The position numbers were made by a program, and so were the translations under genes. This document shows, piece after piece, positions 48,888 through 59,492 of a stretch of DNA of 64,000 nucleotides (its first letter is position 1; the number at the start of each line of letters is the position of its first letter). The stretch lies in contig JAFTQW010000015.1 of NCBI GenBank assembly GCA_017462565.1, positions 16,109-80,108 on the forward strand, read 5' to 3'. The DNA is from Ruminococcus sp. (GTDB lineage Bacteria > Bacillota > Clostridia > Oscillospirales > Ruminococcaceae). Below the pieces are notes generated by a model. That model had not been told where the DNA came from and made no database searches. It worked only from the letters and a program-made list of their open reading frames with translations.

Positions 48888-51518
48888 ATGCAATGGACCG
48901 GACTTAACGAGCTTCGTGAGAAATATCTTTCTTTCTTTGAAAGCAAGAATCATACAAGAATGGCAAGCGCATCGCTTGTTCCGCAGGGGGATAAAAGCCT
49001 TCTCCTGATAAATTCGGGAATGGCTCCTTTGAAGAAATATTTCCTCGGACAGGCTGTTCCTCCTAATAAAAGAGTTACAACCTGTCAGAAATGTATCAGA
49101 ACTCCCGATATTGAAAGCGTTGGAAAAACAGCTCGCCACGGTACATATTTTGAAATGCTCGGAAATTTCTCTTTCGGCGATTATTTCAAAACAGAAGCTA
49201 TCGAGTGGGCATGGGAATTCCTCACAAAAACTCTTGAAATTCCTGCTGAAAGGCTTTGGATAACTATTTTTGAAAGCGATGACGAGGCTGAGCAGATCTG
49301 GGAGAAGCATATCGGAATCCCTCATGAAAGAATTATAAGACTTGGCAAAAAGGATAATTTCTGGGAGCATGGTTCAGGTCCATGCGGTCCTTGCTCGGAG
49401 ATTCATTTCGACAGAGGAGAAGCTTACGGTCCGTTTGAAAGCTTTGAACAGGCAAGCGACTGCGACCGTGTTATCGAAATATGGAATCTCGTTTTCAGTC
49501 AGTTCGACAGCGACGGAAACGGAAACTATGCTGAAATGAAAAACAAGAATATCGATACCGGAATGGGACTCGAAAGACTTGCCTGCGCAATGCAGGGAGT
49601 TGATAATATTTTCGAGGTAGATACCGTTCAGAATATTATGAAGCATATCTCGAAAATAGCCGGAGTTGAATATAAAACCAACGCTAAAACCGACGTTTCG
49701 CTCCGTGTTATCACAGACCATATCAGAAGTACAACTTTCATGGTCGGCGACGGAATCATGCCTTCAAATGAGGGCAGAGGATACGTTCTCAGACGTCTCC
49801 TCAGAAGAGCTGCACGTCACGGCAGACTCTTAGGAATCACAAAGCCGTTTCTCTGCGATGTATGCGATACCGTGATAAACGAAAATGCCGGTGCTTATCC
49901 GGAGCTTGCCGAAAAGAGGGAATATATCAAGAAAATTATCGGTGTTGAGGAAGAAGCTTTCGCTAAAACTATCGACAAGGGAACAGAACTTCTTAACCAG
50001 TTCACAGAGAAACTTGCTTCGGAAAATAAGACTGTTCTTTCAGGTGACGACGCATTTAAGCTTGCCGATACATACGGATTTCCGATAGATCTTACTATTG
50101 AAATTTGCGAAGAAAAGGGACTTACTGTCGATACCGAACGCTTTAAGGAACTTTCTCTTGAACAGCGTAATAAGGCTAAGGCTGACCACCTTGCAAAGGC
50201 TGGTTCTTCATGGGCTGATAACAGCATAAAGGTCGAAGCTCCCGCAACTGTATTCAAGGGTTATACTGATTTTGAAACAGCCGGAGCAGAGATTCTTGCT
50301 ATTTATAAAAACGGCGAGGAAATCGAAACTGCCGTTGAGGGCGAAAACGTTGTGATCGTTCTTGACGCTACACCGTTCTATGCCGAAAGCGGCGGACAGG
50401 TCGGCGATACGGGCGTTATTCTCATGGGTGAAAATATCGTTTCAGTTGTTGATACTATTAAATCAGAGGGACATTTCCTCCATATTGCCGAAATCGAACA
50501 GGGAAGCATTTCTAAGGGGGACAAGGTTCTTGCTAAGATTGATAAGGAGCGCAGACTTGCTGTAATGCGCAATCATACGACGGCTCATCTTCTTCAGTAC
50601 GCTCTTCGTCAGGTTCTCGGCGAACACGTTCATCAGGCTGGTCAGCTTGTAAACGAGAAAGCCTGCCGTTTCGACTTTAATCACTTCAGCGCAATGACCG
50701 ACAGCGAGATCGCCGAAGTTGAAGCGCTTGTAAACGCTGAGATAATGAGCGCTGTTGACGTTACAATGCAGGAAATGCCTATCGAAGAGGCTAAAAAGCT
50801 CGGAGCCATGGCTTTATTCGGCGAGAAATACGGCAATACCGTAAGAGTTGTAACGGCAGATAAGTCGGTTGAATTCTGTGGCGGTACTCATATTTCAAAT
50901 ACCTCCCAGATCGGATTGTTCAAAATCATTTCCGAAAGCTCGGTAGCTGCCGGAGTAAGAAGAATCGAAGCTGTAACAGGTCTTGGCGTTCTTTCTCTTC
51001 TCAACGATTACAAGAATACGATCGCAAGATCCGCAAAGGCTCTCAAACTTGCAAATGTAAGCGAACTCCCCGAAAAATGCGCTTCTATGGCTGCTGAATC
51101 AAAGGAAAAGGACAAAAAGCTTGAAAGGCTTAATCAGCAGATAGCTAATGAAAAAATTGCTGCAATTTCTGACGGAGCAGAGGAGATAAACGGCGTTAAG
51201 GTTGTTTCCGCTATGCTTACGGGAGTATCTCCGGACGCTCTCAGAAAGCTCGGCGACAGCATTAAGTGCAAATCGGAAGATGTTATAGCTCTCTTTGCCG
51301 GAGTTGACGGTGAAAATGGTACATTCTACTGCGTATGTACTGCCGGAGCTGTGAAGAAGGGCGCAAATGCAGGAAAAATCGTTCAGAGGATATCTGCAAT
51401 AACAGGCGGAAAGGGCGGCGGACGTCCTGACAGCGCTATGGCAGGCATCGGAAAGACTTATATGGTTGATGAAGCGCTCATGGCGTTCAAGTCTATCGTG
51501 ACCGAATTTATAAGCTGA
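48888..51518 (+). CDS. alaS: Alanine--tRNA ligase
   Basis: 876 aa. FFESKNH, LLINSGMAPLK, RHGTYFEMLGNFSFGDYFK, editing-domain HTTAHLL and CGGTH, and a C-terminal DHHA1-like domain (GGKGGGRPD). Confidence 0.98.
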   Translation: MQWTGLNELREKYLSFFESKNHTRMASASLVPQGDKSLLLINSGMAPLKKYFLGQAVPPNKRVTTCQKCIRTPDIESVGKTARHGTYFEMLGNFSFGDYFKTEAIEWAWEFLTKTLEIPAERLWITIFESDDEAEQIWEKHIGIPHERIIRLGKKDNFWEHGSGPCGPCSEIHFDRGEAYGPFESFEQASDCDRVIEIWNLVFSQFDSDGNGNYAEMKNKNIDTGMGLERLACAMQGVDNIFEVDTVQNIMKHISKIAGVEYKTNAKTDVSLRVITDHIRSTTFMVGDGIMPSNEGRGYVLRRLLRRAARHGRLLGITKPFLCDVCDTVINENAGAYPELAEKREYIKKIIGVEEEAFAKTIDKGTELLNQFTEKLASENKTVLSGDDAFKLADTYGFPIDLTIEICEEKGLTVDTERFKELSLEQRNKAKADHLAKAGSSWADNSIKVEAPATVFKGYTDFETAGAEILAIYKNGEEIETAVEGENVVIVLDATPFYAESGGQVGDTGVILMGENIVSVVDTIKSEGHFLHIAEIEQGSISKGDKVLAKIDKERRLAVMRNHTTAHLLQYALRQVLGEHVHQAGQLVNEKACRFDFNHFSAMTDSEIAEVEALVNAEIMSAVDVTMQEMPIEEAKKLGAMALFGEKYGNTVRVVTADKSVEFCGGTHISNTSQIGLFKIISESSVAAGVRRIEAVTGLGVLSLLNDYKNTIARSAKALKLANVSELPEKCASMAAESKEKDKKLERLNQQIANEKIAAISDGAEEINGVKVVSAMLTGVSPDALRKLGDSIKCKSEDVIALFAGVDGENGTFYCVCTAGAVKKGANAGKIVQRISAITGGKGGGRPDSAMAGIGKTYMVDEALMAFKSIVTEFIS

Positions 51519-51533
51519 AAAAGGAGAATTACT

Positions 51534-51887
51534 ATGGATTGTTTATTTTGTAAAATCGTAAACGGTGAAATTCCGAGCACAAAGGTTTATGAGGATGAAT
51601 ACGTTTACTGCTTCAAGGATATCGCTCCTATTGCTCCGGTTCATTACCTTATTATCCCGAAAGAGCATATAAGCGGCGCTGACATGATCAGCGAAGAGAA
51701 TTCCGGACTTGTTGCCAAGGTTTTTGAGGCGGCTGCAAAAATTGCCAAAAACGAGGGCATTGAGAGCTTCAGAATCATCAATAACTGCGGCGACGATGCC
51801 GGACAGACTGTAAAGCATCTCCATTTCCACCTCCTCGCAGGAGTTAAAATGGGATGGGGTTCGGAATCTCTCGGTAAAACTGAATGA
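51534..51887 (+). CDS. HIT-family (histidine triad) nucleotide hydrolase
   Basis: CLFCKI...AP.H.LIIPK...HLHFHLL histidine triad. Confidence 0.9.
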   Translation: MDCLFCKIVNGEIPSTKVYEDEYVYCFKDIAPIAPVHYLIIPKEHISGADMISEENSGLVAKVFEAAAKIAKNEGIESFRIINNCGDDAGQTVKHLHFHLLAGVKMGWGSESLGKTE

Positions 51888-51902
51888 TCGGGAGGAATAA
51901 GC

Positions 51903-52442
51903 TTGGCAGGAACATATAAAATGACAATTGCCGGTCTTGAAAGGGAACTTGTGCGTTGTCCTTTGAACGATAAAATAGACATCGCCGCATTTATAATGTT
52001 CTCCGATGTTGAACTTACAGTTGCTTCGGCTTCGGAGCTTCTTAAGAAATGTCCGGATTTCGATGTTATTCTTACAGCTGAATCAAAGGGAATTCCTCTT
52101 GCTTATGAAATGTCAAGGCAGTGCGGAAAACCTTATGTTGTCGCAAGAAAATCCGTTAAGCTTTACATGACCGCTCCTGTTGCGGTCACTGTAAAATCAA
52201 TAACGACCGCAGCAGAGCAGACGCTTTATCTTTCACAGGAAAAGGCTGCTATGCTTAAAGGCAAAAGAGTGCTTCTCGTTGACGACGTTATCAGCACAGG
52301 CGAATCCATTTCCGCTCTTGAAAAACTCACATTGGCGGCAGAGGGCGAAATTGCCGGAAAAGCAGCCGTTCTCGCAGAGGATACAGCTGCGGACAGAGAC
52401 GATATAATTTTCCTGGAAAAGCTTCCGCTTTTCTTCAAGTAA
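51903..52442 (+). CDS. Phosphoribosyltransferase-family protein
   Basis: PRPP-binding loop VLLVDDVISTGESI. TTG start 7 nt after GGGAGGA; ATG 51921 is the alternative. Confidence 0.7.
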   Translation: MAGTYKMTIAGLERELVRCPLNDKIDIAAFIMFSDVELTVASASELLKKCPDFDVILTAESKGIPLAYEMSRQCGKPYVVARKSVKLYMTAPVAVTVKSITTAAEQTLYLSQEKAAMLKGKRVLLVDDVISTGESISALEKLTLAAEGEIAGKAAVLAEDTAADRDDIIFLEKLPLFFK

Positions 52443-52448
52443 CATATT

Positions 52449-54512
52449 ATGAAGCGAAAAATGATTGGAGCTGCGGCAGCGTATATGGCGGGATTATTTT
52501 TCGCTTCATTTTTTCATAATGCAAAAATAGTTCTTATTTTTGCTGCCGTCGCTGCGATTCTTGCGCTTATATACATAAGAAAAGGTTTCAAACTGTGTGA
52601 TTTTGCAGTTATTGCCCTGTTTTTCGCAGTTTCTTTCAGTGCAGAACAATTGTATACGCATTTTTATTATGACAGAATAATCGTTTACGACGGACAGAAC
52701 GGAAGCTTTGAGGGTGAAGTTGCGGATGTAAAATATTACTCCGGAGATAATGCCCTGTATACTCTTAAAGGAAAGATAAACGGAGTTCAGCCGGCGAAAA
52801 TAAATTATTACGGAAATGTTCTGAATGCTGATTACGGCGATATCGTAAGACTTGAGGATTGCAAATTCTCTGTTCCCGAAAGTACATATCTTTTCGACAG
52901 CGAGAGTTATTACAAAGCTGATGGGATTTTTCTTGATGCCGGTTATTGCAGCAGCGTTTCAACTGAAAAAATGAAACGAAAAATTTTCAGGAAAGCTCTT
53001 ATGAGTTATCGTGAGAAAATGATCTCTAAATTCAAAATTTCTCTTGGCGATAGCAGCGGAGATTTTCTTGCCGGAATGGTTTTTGGTGAGAAACAGGGGA
53101 TGAGCGATAATCTTAAAACATCACTGTATCGCTGCGGCATAGGTCACATCCTTGCGGTTTCAGGACTTCATATTTCAATAATCGCTATGGCTGTTATGGG
53201 ATTTCTGAAAAGACTCAGGGTAAACAAATATGTTTCATTTGGCTTGGTTAATGCGGTTATGCTCCTGTTTATTTCAATGGCAAATTATCCTGTTTCAGCC
53301 GTAAGAGCTGCGATTATGATGAATTTTCTTTGCTCCGCAAAGCTTTTCAGACGACAGAACGATACGTTCAATTCTCTTGCAGGAGCCATTCTTTTAATCT
53401 GTATTTTCAATCCTTATGCAATATACAGCAGCGGCTTTCTTCTTTCAATTACAGCAACTTTCGGTATCGGCGTTTTCGGTCCGTATATGTCGAGAAATTT
53501 TCCAAAAGATTCATTATTTGGAAAATTCCGCAGAAGCTTTGTGGTGTTGCTATGCACATCGATTTGTATTTTGCCTTTGAACATGAAATTTTTCGGTGAA
53601 ACGTCGCTTATTTCTCCAATCACGAATCTTATTATAGTTCCTCTTTGTTCGGCTGCGCTGATCATTGGATTTATCTTTGTAATAACAGGGGGAATCATTC
53701 ATGTTCTTGGCTTTGCGGACGGCATCATCCGATTAGTTCTTTACATTTCAGATAAAGTATCAAGGGAAGATATGGTCTATTTCTCCTGTGCAAGCGATAC
53801 GGCTATATATCTTGCGTTTGGTTTGGCTTTTGCTGTGATTTTGATTCAGATTATTTTTGGAAACAGAAAAGCTACGGCAGCTGGACTTGCAGTTTCCTGC
53901 GGAATCATCTGCATTTTTTCATCAGTATACAGCAGAATCAGATTCAACAGCTTTAATATAGCGGTTCTCGGCAGGGGAAGTAACGCTGCTTTTGTCGTAT
54001 CATATCAGGGCGAGGCTATCGTTATAGATCTCAGCGGACATTATCGTGCTTCGGAATATGTAAGGAAATACCTGTCTGAAAACAGTATAAAAGATGTGGA
54101 TAAAATGATACTCACAAGAAATATTCCTTCGCAGTATGCCGCCTTTTCATACGATCTTGAAATGCTTCCGATTGATTCATGGATAGCGGTCGGAAATGAA
54201 TGCTTGCTTGAAGCAGAAGCGGCAGAGTATATGCAAAACGGCTTTGAATTGTCAGGCAACGGTTACAGTATTGAATATTATGACGGTTTGCTGTCGGTCG
54301 ACTGCAGAGGGAATGAGGTCGTTTTCTCAAAGGCAAAATCAGGATTTATTTATGAAAATTCCTTTAATGTATATTACGGAAGAAAACAGTCCGACGCAGA
54401 AAAACTCAGCGGAAGCAATATAATTTATGTCGGTGAAAGCAGCGGCGACGAACTTAATAATTTTGAAATAGAACTGTCGGAAAACGGCAGATATAATATA
54501 AGGAGGCTGTAA
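52449..54512 (+). CDS. comEC: ComEC/Rec2-family DNA internalisation channel protein with a degenerate metallo-beta-lactamase domain
   Basis: Competence-domain motif GIGHILAVSGLHISII within a polytopic core. The C-terminal region keeps the fold-like pattern (AIVIDLSG..., DKMILT), but the HxHxDH site reads TRNIPSQY. Confidence 0.8.
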   Translation: MKRKMIGAAAAYMAGLFFASFFHNAKIVLIFAAVAAILALIYIRKGFKLCDFAVIALFFAVSFSAEQLYTHFYYDRIIVYDGQNGSFEGEVADVKYYSGDNALYTLKGKINGVQPAKINYYGNVLNADYGDIVRLEDCKFSVPESTYLFDSESYYKADGIFLDAGYCSSVSTEKMKRKIFRKALMSYREKMISKFKISLGDSSGDFLAGMVFGEKQGMSDNLKTSLYRCGIGHILAVSGLHISIIAMAVMGFLKRLRVNKYVSFGLVNAVMLLFISMANYPVSAVRAAIMMNFLCSAKLFRRQNDTFNSLAGAILLICIFNPYAIYSSGFLLSITATFGIGVFGPYMSRNFPKDSLFGKFRRSFVVLLCTSICILPLNMKFFGETSLISPITNLIIVPLCSAALIIGFIFVITGGIIHVLGFADGIIRLVLYISDKVSREDMVYFSCASDTAIYLAFGLAFAVILIQIIFGNRKATAAGLAVSCGIICIFSSVYSRIRFNSFNIAVLGRGSNAAFVVSYQGEAIVIDLSGHYRASEYVRKYLSENSIKDVDKMILTRNIPSQYAAFSYDLEMLPIDSWIAVGNECLLEAEAAEYMQNGFELSGNGYSIEYYDGLLSVDCRGNEVVFSKAKSGFIYENSFNVYYGRKQSDAEKLSGSNIIYVGESSGDELNNFEIELSENGRYNIRRL

Positions 54513-55571
54513 ATGCCTAATACTGATCCTAAAACGATAAAATCCTTAATTAAAAAGGGAGAGCTTCAGAATCTTTATTATCTCTATGGAGAGGATGTCG
54601 GCGGAGTAGAAAAGCTTACGAAGCAGATAATCAAGGCTGCTGTAGGCGATAATGAGGATTTTGCTCTTAACCGTATAAACGGAAAAAATATTGATGCATC
54701 TGAATTTCGTGATATTTCTGAAATGATGCCGATGATGTCGGATTATAACTGCCTGCTGGTGAACGATTACAACTGCGAGGAGCAGCGTGAAGAAACGACA
54801 AAACAGATCATTGAAACGCTGAAAAACGTTCCGCCGCAAACGGTTATCATTTTTAATGTAACGGGATTTGAGATAAAAACTAAATTCGACTACAAAAAAA
54901 AGTGTCGTGTTATTACTGATAAAAATAAAAAAATTGCCGATATTATATCTAAAAACGGTTCGGTAGTTGAATTTTCTTTAAAAACTCCGCAGGAGCTTTC
55001 AAAAGAAATCGCAGCAGCAGTTTCAGTAAAGGGATGTTCTATCTCAATTGAAAATGCGAGAGATCTTGCAGAAAGGTGTCTTTCTGATCCCCTTGCTATA
55101 GAAAATGAAATAAATAAACTCTGCTCTTATGCCAATGGAGCGGAGATAAACCGAAAAATGCTTGATGACATGGTTCATCGTCAGAGCGGAGTAACTGTTT
55201 TCAAGCTTGCGGATTCGGTTGCGGCATTCAACGGGAAACAGGCGTTTGAGGCTCTTGATGAGCTTATGGAAAATAAGGATAACCGTGGTTCTGTTCTGGC
55301 AAGTATAACTAATTCTTTTCTTGATATGTACAGAGTTCAGCTTGCGAAAAAGTCCGGACGGAGCGCAAATGATGTTATTCGGGATTTCGGATATTTTAAT
55401 CGTGGATTTATTATTGAAAAAATGTTCAGGAGCGGTTCGGGAATCGCCATAAGCAGGCTTCGATCATGCATCTCGATACTTTGTGAAACGGCGGTTCTTC
55501 TTAATTCAACAGGCGGCGATGAGAAAATCGTTCTGGAACAGGCGGTTGCAAAAATGCTTACAACGAAATAA
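54513..55571 (+). CDS. holA: DNA polymerase III delta subunit
   Basis: Position directly after comEC. Length 352 aa. N-terminal LYYLYGED pattern typical of HolA. Confidence 0.8.
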   Translation: MPNTDPKTIKSLIKKGELQNLYYLYGEDVGGVEKLTKQIIKAAVGDNEDFALNRINGKNIDASEFRDISEMMPMMSDYNCLLVNDYNCEEQREETTKQIIETLKNVPPQTVIIFNVTGFEIKTKFDYKKKCRVITDKNKKIADIISKNGSVVEFSLKTPQELSKEIAAAVSVKGCSISIENARDLAERCLSDPLAIENEINKLCSYANGAEINRKMLDDMVHRQSGVTVFKLADSVAAFNGKQAFEALDELMENKDNRGSVLASITNSFLDMYRVQLAKKSGRSANDVIRDFGYFNRGFIIEKMFRSGSGIAISRLRSCISILCETAVLLNSTGGDEKIVLEQAVAKMLTTK

Positions 55572-55583
55572 AACGGTGATAAA

Positions 55584-56183
55584 ATGATAAAAATAGATCA
55601 GGCAATAATTGTTGAGGGAAAATATGATAAAATCAAGCTTTCCTCGGTTGTGGACGGAATTATAATCGTGACAAATGGATTCAGGATATTCAAGGATAAA
55701 GAAAAATTAGAGCTTATCCGCTATTACGCCCGAACGACCGGAATAATTATCCTTACTGATTCCGACAGCGCAGGACGCAAAATACGAGGCTATATTAAGG
55801 GGGCAGTTCATGATGGGAGTATAAAAAATGTCTATATCCCCGATATTTTCGGTAAGGAAAAACGCAAGGATAAGCCGTCCGCCGAGGGAAAGCTCGGAGT
55901 TGAGGGAATAGATTCCGATATTCTTATAGAGGCATTTGAAAAAGCCGGAATAACAGCTTCCGAAAGCGATAGTGTTCACGATATAACAAATATGACTTTA
56001 TTTGAAAACGGTCTTAGCGGCGGTCAGAACAGTAAACTTCTTCGTGAAAGGCTTCAGATGAAGCTTGGACTGCCTTCGCTTATGTCATCATCTTCACTGA
56101 TCGAGGTTCTTAATACAATGATGAACGGAGAAGAGCTTGCTGAGGAGGTTCGTCTTATCAAGGAGGAATTGAATGGTATATAG
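55584..56183 (+). CDS. Toprim-domain protein (DUF4093 / RNase M5-like)
   Basis: IIVEGKYDKIKL and ILTDSDSAGRKIR Toprim acidic motifs. Confidence 0.65.
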   Translation: MIKIDQAIIVEGKYDKIKLSSVVDGIIIVTNGFRIFKDKEKLELIRYYARTTGIIILTDSDSAGRKIRGYIKGAVHDGSIKNVYIPDIFGKEKRKDKPSAEGKLGVEGIDSDILIEAFEKAGITASESDSVHDITNMTLFENGLSGGQNSKLLRERLQMKLGLPSLMSSSSLIEVLNTMMNGEELAEEVRLIKEELNGI

Positions 56184-57552
56184 CAGTCTGCTGTTTATTT
56201 ATGGCTTTTTTCCGCTGTCGATCATGATTTATTATATTTTCAGAAGGAAATTTCCTAACGGTGTGCTTTTGATTTTAAGTATGATTTTCTGCGGAATAAT
56301 AAGCGTTTATTTTCTGATGTTTATGATTTTATATACGGCTGTCAATTTCGCCGCCTGCAATTTTATTGAGAAAAAACGCTCGAGCAAATCAGTTTCGGGA
56401 ATTATTTTTTACTCAGCAGTTATTTTTGATATTGCAGCTATATTTACGTTTAGAACAGATTTCTTCTCAGGTTTTAAGGAGCTTATTTACGTTCCGGATG
56501 GATTTTTCCCGATTGGAATTTCATTTTTTACCCTTTCTGCTGTGGGAACGCTTATAGACGTTTACTTCGGAAGGCTGAAAGCGGAAAAAAATATAGTAAA
56601 ATTCGGACTTTACATTATGTTCTTCCCCAGACTTCTCATGGGACCTGTTTTACGGTATTCGAGTTTTATAAAAATGCTGAAAAACCGTCGAGACGGTCTT
56701 AATGAAATCGGAATTGGATTTACTGTTTTCGTTAAAGGACTGGCAAAAAAAGTAATTGCTGCCGACAGTCTTTATATGCTTTATTCCGCAGTTCATGGCA
56801 TTGATATAGAAAATATGACCGCTCTTACTGCATGGATAGGAATAACGGCTTATCTTCTTTGTCTTTATTTTACTCTTTCAGGTTTTTCCGATATGGGAAT
56901 AGGGATAGGATACTGCTTTGGTTTTAGATTTCCTCAAAGTTTCAATTATCCGCTTTTCAGTACGAAAATACGCTATTTTACTACGAGGTGGCATATTCAG
57001 ATAATTCAGTGGTTCAGACGGTATATTACCAAACCTCTTTCATCACGATTCAATAATAAAATTATTAAGAAGCTGATTTTCATTGCTGTATGGGGACTTT
57101 TTGGATTCTGGTATACTTTTAGTATAAATGGCGTTGTATGGGGAGCTATTATAGGCAGTGCTGTTACTATTGAAAATCATTTCAGCAATGAAAAAATACT
57201 AAATATAACAGGCATTATTTACACTTTTTTAGCGGTTGTTATTGCTTCTGTTTTTTTATCAGGTAGCGATCTTTCATATTCACTGAAATATCTGCTTGTT
57301 ATGCTCGGCGGAAACCGTGCTTTTGCTGATTCGCTTTCATTCTATTTTATTAAGTCATATATCGTAATATTGCTGATAAGCGTTTATGCAGCAACAAGTC
57401 TTTTCCGTAATTTGATGATACGTTCCGGAAGAACGTGGATACGCAATGCAGTTGTGATCGTTTCTCCAGCAATTGTGATGGCTTTTATGATTATCTGTAC
57501 CATTATGATCTCTTACAGCGGAAGCTCGGAAATGATTCTTTTGCGATTATAG
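56173..57552 (+). CDS. MBOAT-family membrane O-acyltransferase (AlgI/DltB-like)
   Basis: Polytopic. Conserved region FNYPLFSTKIRYFTTRWHIQIIQWFRRYI contains the MBOAT His (RWH). Confidence 0.85.
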   Translation: MVYSSLLFIYGFFPLSIMIYYIFRRKFPNGVLLILSMIFCGIISVYFLMFMILYTAVNFAACNFIEKKRSSKSVSGIIFYSAVIFDIAAIFTFRTDFFSGFKELIYVPDGFFPIGISFFTLSAVGTLIDVYFGRLKAEKNIVKFGLYIMFFPRLLMGPVLRYSSFIKMLKNRRDGLNEIGIGFTVFVKGLAKKVIAADSLYMLYSAVHGIDIENMTALTAWIGITAYLLCLYFTLSGFSDMGIGIGYCFGFRFPQSFNYPLFSTKIRYFTTRWHIQIIQWFRRYITKPLSSRFNNKIIKKLIFIAVWGLFGFWYTFSINGVVWGAIIGSAVTIENHFSNEKILNITGIIYTFLAVVIASVFLSGSDLSYSLKYLLVMLGGNRAFADSLSFYFIKSYIVILLISVYAATSLFRNLMIRSGRTWIRNAVVIVSPAIVMAFMIICTIMISYSGSSEMILLRL

Positions 57553-57564
57553 GAGGATGATGAA

Positions 57565-58695
57565 ATGAAAAATACTGCGAGTAAAGTTACAGCTATCGTT
57601 ATGCTGGCTTTTGTTTCGTTTTTTCTCGTTTTTACAATTATCGGTCATAAAACCAATTCCTCATCCTATGAACAGGATTCATCGGAACATATCACTGAAC
57701 TTTCATTTGAAACGCTTATTGACGGCAGATTTTCAGATACACTTAATACTCTGATCACCAGAAATTTTCCGGCAAGGAATAGCTGGATAGCTGCTAATTC
57801 GGCATTTCAGGCACAGTTCAATGAAAGCATTGTAAACGGAGTATATGTTGATGAAAAGATGCTTCTGAATGCTGAAATCTCGTTAAGACCTTCTTCTGAA
57901 AAAAGTGCGCAGGAAATAAAAAAATTCCGATCATTATACAGCGGAGCAATGTATTTTGTTGCCGTTCCGACTTCTTCCGGAGTTTATGAGGAGTATCTTC
58001 CTAAGTACCTTCTCTCAAATCCGGAAAGCCGGCAGATAAATACGTTTTACAACAGTCTTGGAGCTGATATACGGCAGATTGATGCGTACAACATACTTAA
58101 AATGCTTAATGAAAATTATATTTATTATCGCAATGATACTAAATGGACAAGTTATGGGGCATACTGTGTTTACAGAACCGTTATCCAGAAGCTGGGATTT
58201 ATTCCGATAGCTTACGATAAATATACTATTGAACACGTCACAAATGAGTTCCGTGGCACTCTTTACAGCAAAACGCTTTATTCCGGAGTTAAGCCTGATA
58301 TGATAGACTCTTACAAATTTTCTTCCGGAGCTGAGATAGCTGAATGTATTGGATTTGATAATAACGGGCAAGCTCAAAAGCAGACTATCTGTGATAAGAA
58401 AAGGCTTGATTCCGGAAATAAGTATGATTTTTATGCCGGAGGAGAACTGCCTTTACTTAAAATAAGTACATCGGTAAATAATGAGAGAAAAATTCTTGTT
58501 ATCAAAGACAGCTTCGGAGATTGTTTTTTGCCGTTTCTTGTTCAGCATTACAGCGAGATAGCCGTTGTTTCTCCTGAAAATCTGGAATGTTCTTTGAGTG
58601 AGCTTATAAATACCGAAGATTACGAGCAGATGTTGTTTATTTTTGGCATTGACAGCATCAGTGACAGCAGTAATTTTGAAAAGCTGAATTTATAA
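57565..58695 (+). CDS. DHHW-family (AlgX/AlgJ-like SGNH) protein with a variant motif
   Basis: N-terminal anchor. The family position reads YYRNDTKWTSYGAY instead of TDHHWT. A downstream VIKDSFG block is present. Genetically paired with the MBOAT gene. Confidence 0.65.
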   Translation: MKNTASKVTAIVMLAFVSFFLVFTIIGHKTNSSSYEQDSSEHITELSFETLIDGRFSDTLNTLITRNFPARNSWIAANSAFQAQFNESIVNGVYVDEKMLLNAEISLRPSSEKSAQEIKKFRSLYSGAMYFVAVPTSSGVYEEYLPKYLLSNPESRQINTFYNSLGADIRQIDAYNILKMLNENYIYYRNDTKWTSYGAYCVYRTVIQKLGFIPIAYDKYTIEHVTNEFRGTLYSKTLYSGVKPDMIDSYKFSSGAEIAECIGFDNNGQAQKQTICDKKRLDSGNKYDFYAGGELPLLKISTSVNNERKILVIKDSFGDCFLPFLVQHYSEIAVVSPENLECSLSELINTEDYEQMLFIFGIDSISDSSNFEKLNL

Positions 58696-58715
58696 TTTTG
58701 AAAGGAAGATTGAAT

Positions 58716-59492
58716 ATGAAAGCATTTATTACAGGAGCAACATCCGGTATCGGAAAAAAAATCGCAGAAAAACTCAGCGAAATGGGCTGGGAGCTTGTTC
58801 TGACGGGAAGGAACAAAGAAGTTCTTGAGGAAATGCAGTCACGTCTTGGAAAAACGGAGATAATTTCTGCCGAGCTTTCTGATAAAAACGAAGTGTTCAG
58901 GGTTTATGAATTCTGCAAAGACAAAAATATAGATATGCTCGTAAACAATGCAGGATACGGTCTTTTTGGACGTTTCGATGAAATTGATCTCGATGATGAG
59001 ATAGATATGATAAACGTTAATATAACTGCTCTTCATATTCTTACGAAGCTTTTTCTGCGTGATTTTAAAAAAAGAAACAAGGGAATCATTCTTAACGTCG
59101 CTTCTGTTGCAGGATTTATGACCGGACCTCTCCTTTCTTCATATTATGCTTCAAAAAACTACGTTTTAAGGCTGTCTCTTGGTATTTATGAAGAGCTCAG
59201 ACGTGACAGATCAAAGGTAAGCATTACTGTTCTTTGTCCCGGACCGGTAGATACCGAATTCAATAACCGTGCAGGAGTCAGTTTCAGCGCAAAACCTATA
59301 ACGGCGGATTTTGCTGCGGAATATGCCATTAAAAAGGCTCTTTCAGGAAAGCTTTTCGCAATTCCCGGTCTGACAGCGAAGTTTTGCGCAGTCGGACAGA
59401 GATTTGTTCCGCAAAAGCTGCTTTCGGCTGTCACATATGAGATCCAGCACGCTAAAAAAACTTCCGGCGGAAAAGAAAGGGCTTTTAAATAA
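58716..59492 (+). CDS. Short-chain dehydrogenase/reductase (SDR)
   Basis: TGATSGIGK Rossmann motif, NNAG, and YASKNY (YxxxK). ATG 58716 follows GAAAGGAAG. Confidence 0.88.
   Translation: MKAFITGATSGIGKKIAEKLSEMGWELVLTGRNKEVLEEMQSRLGKTEIISAELSDKNEVFRVYEFCKDKNIDMLVNNAGYGLFGRFDEIDLDDEIDMINVNITALHILTKLFLRDFKKRNKGIILNVASVAGFMTGPLLSSYYASKNYVLRLSLGIYEELRRDRSKVSITVLCPGPVDTEFNNRAGVSFSAKPITADFAAEYAIKKALSGKLFAIPGLTAKFCAVGQRFVPQKLLSAVTYEIQHAKKTSGGKERAFK

Noticed and set aside
48588-49370. 260-aa ORF on the minus strand
   Set aside because: It runs antisense through the 5' end of alaS and through the whole T-box leader. It has no RBS, and its composition (Cys/Phe/Ser-rich) is typical of an antisense frame. 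alaS and the T-box explain the region.
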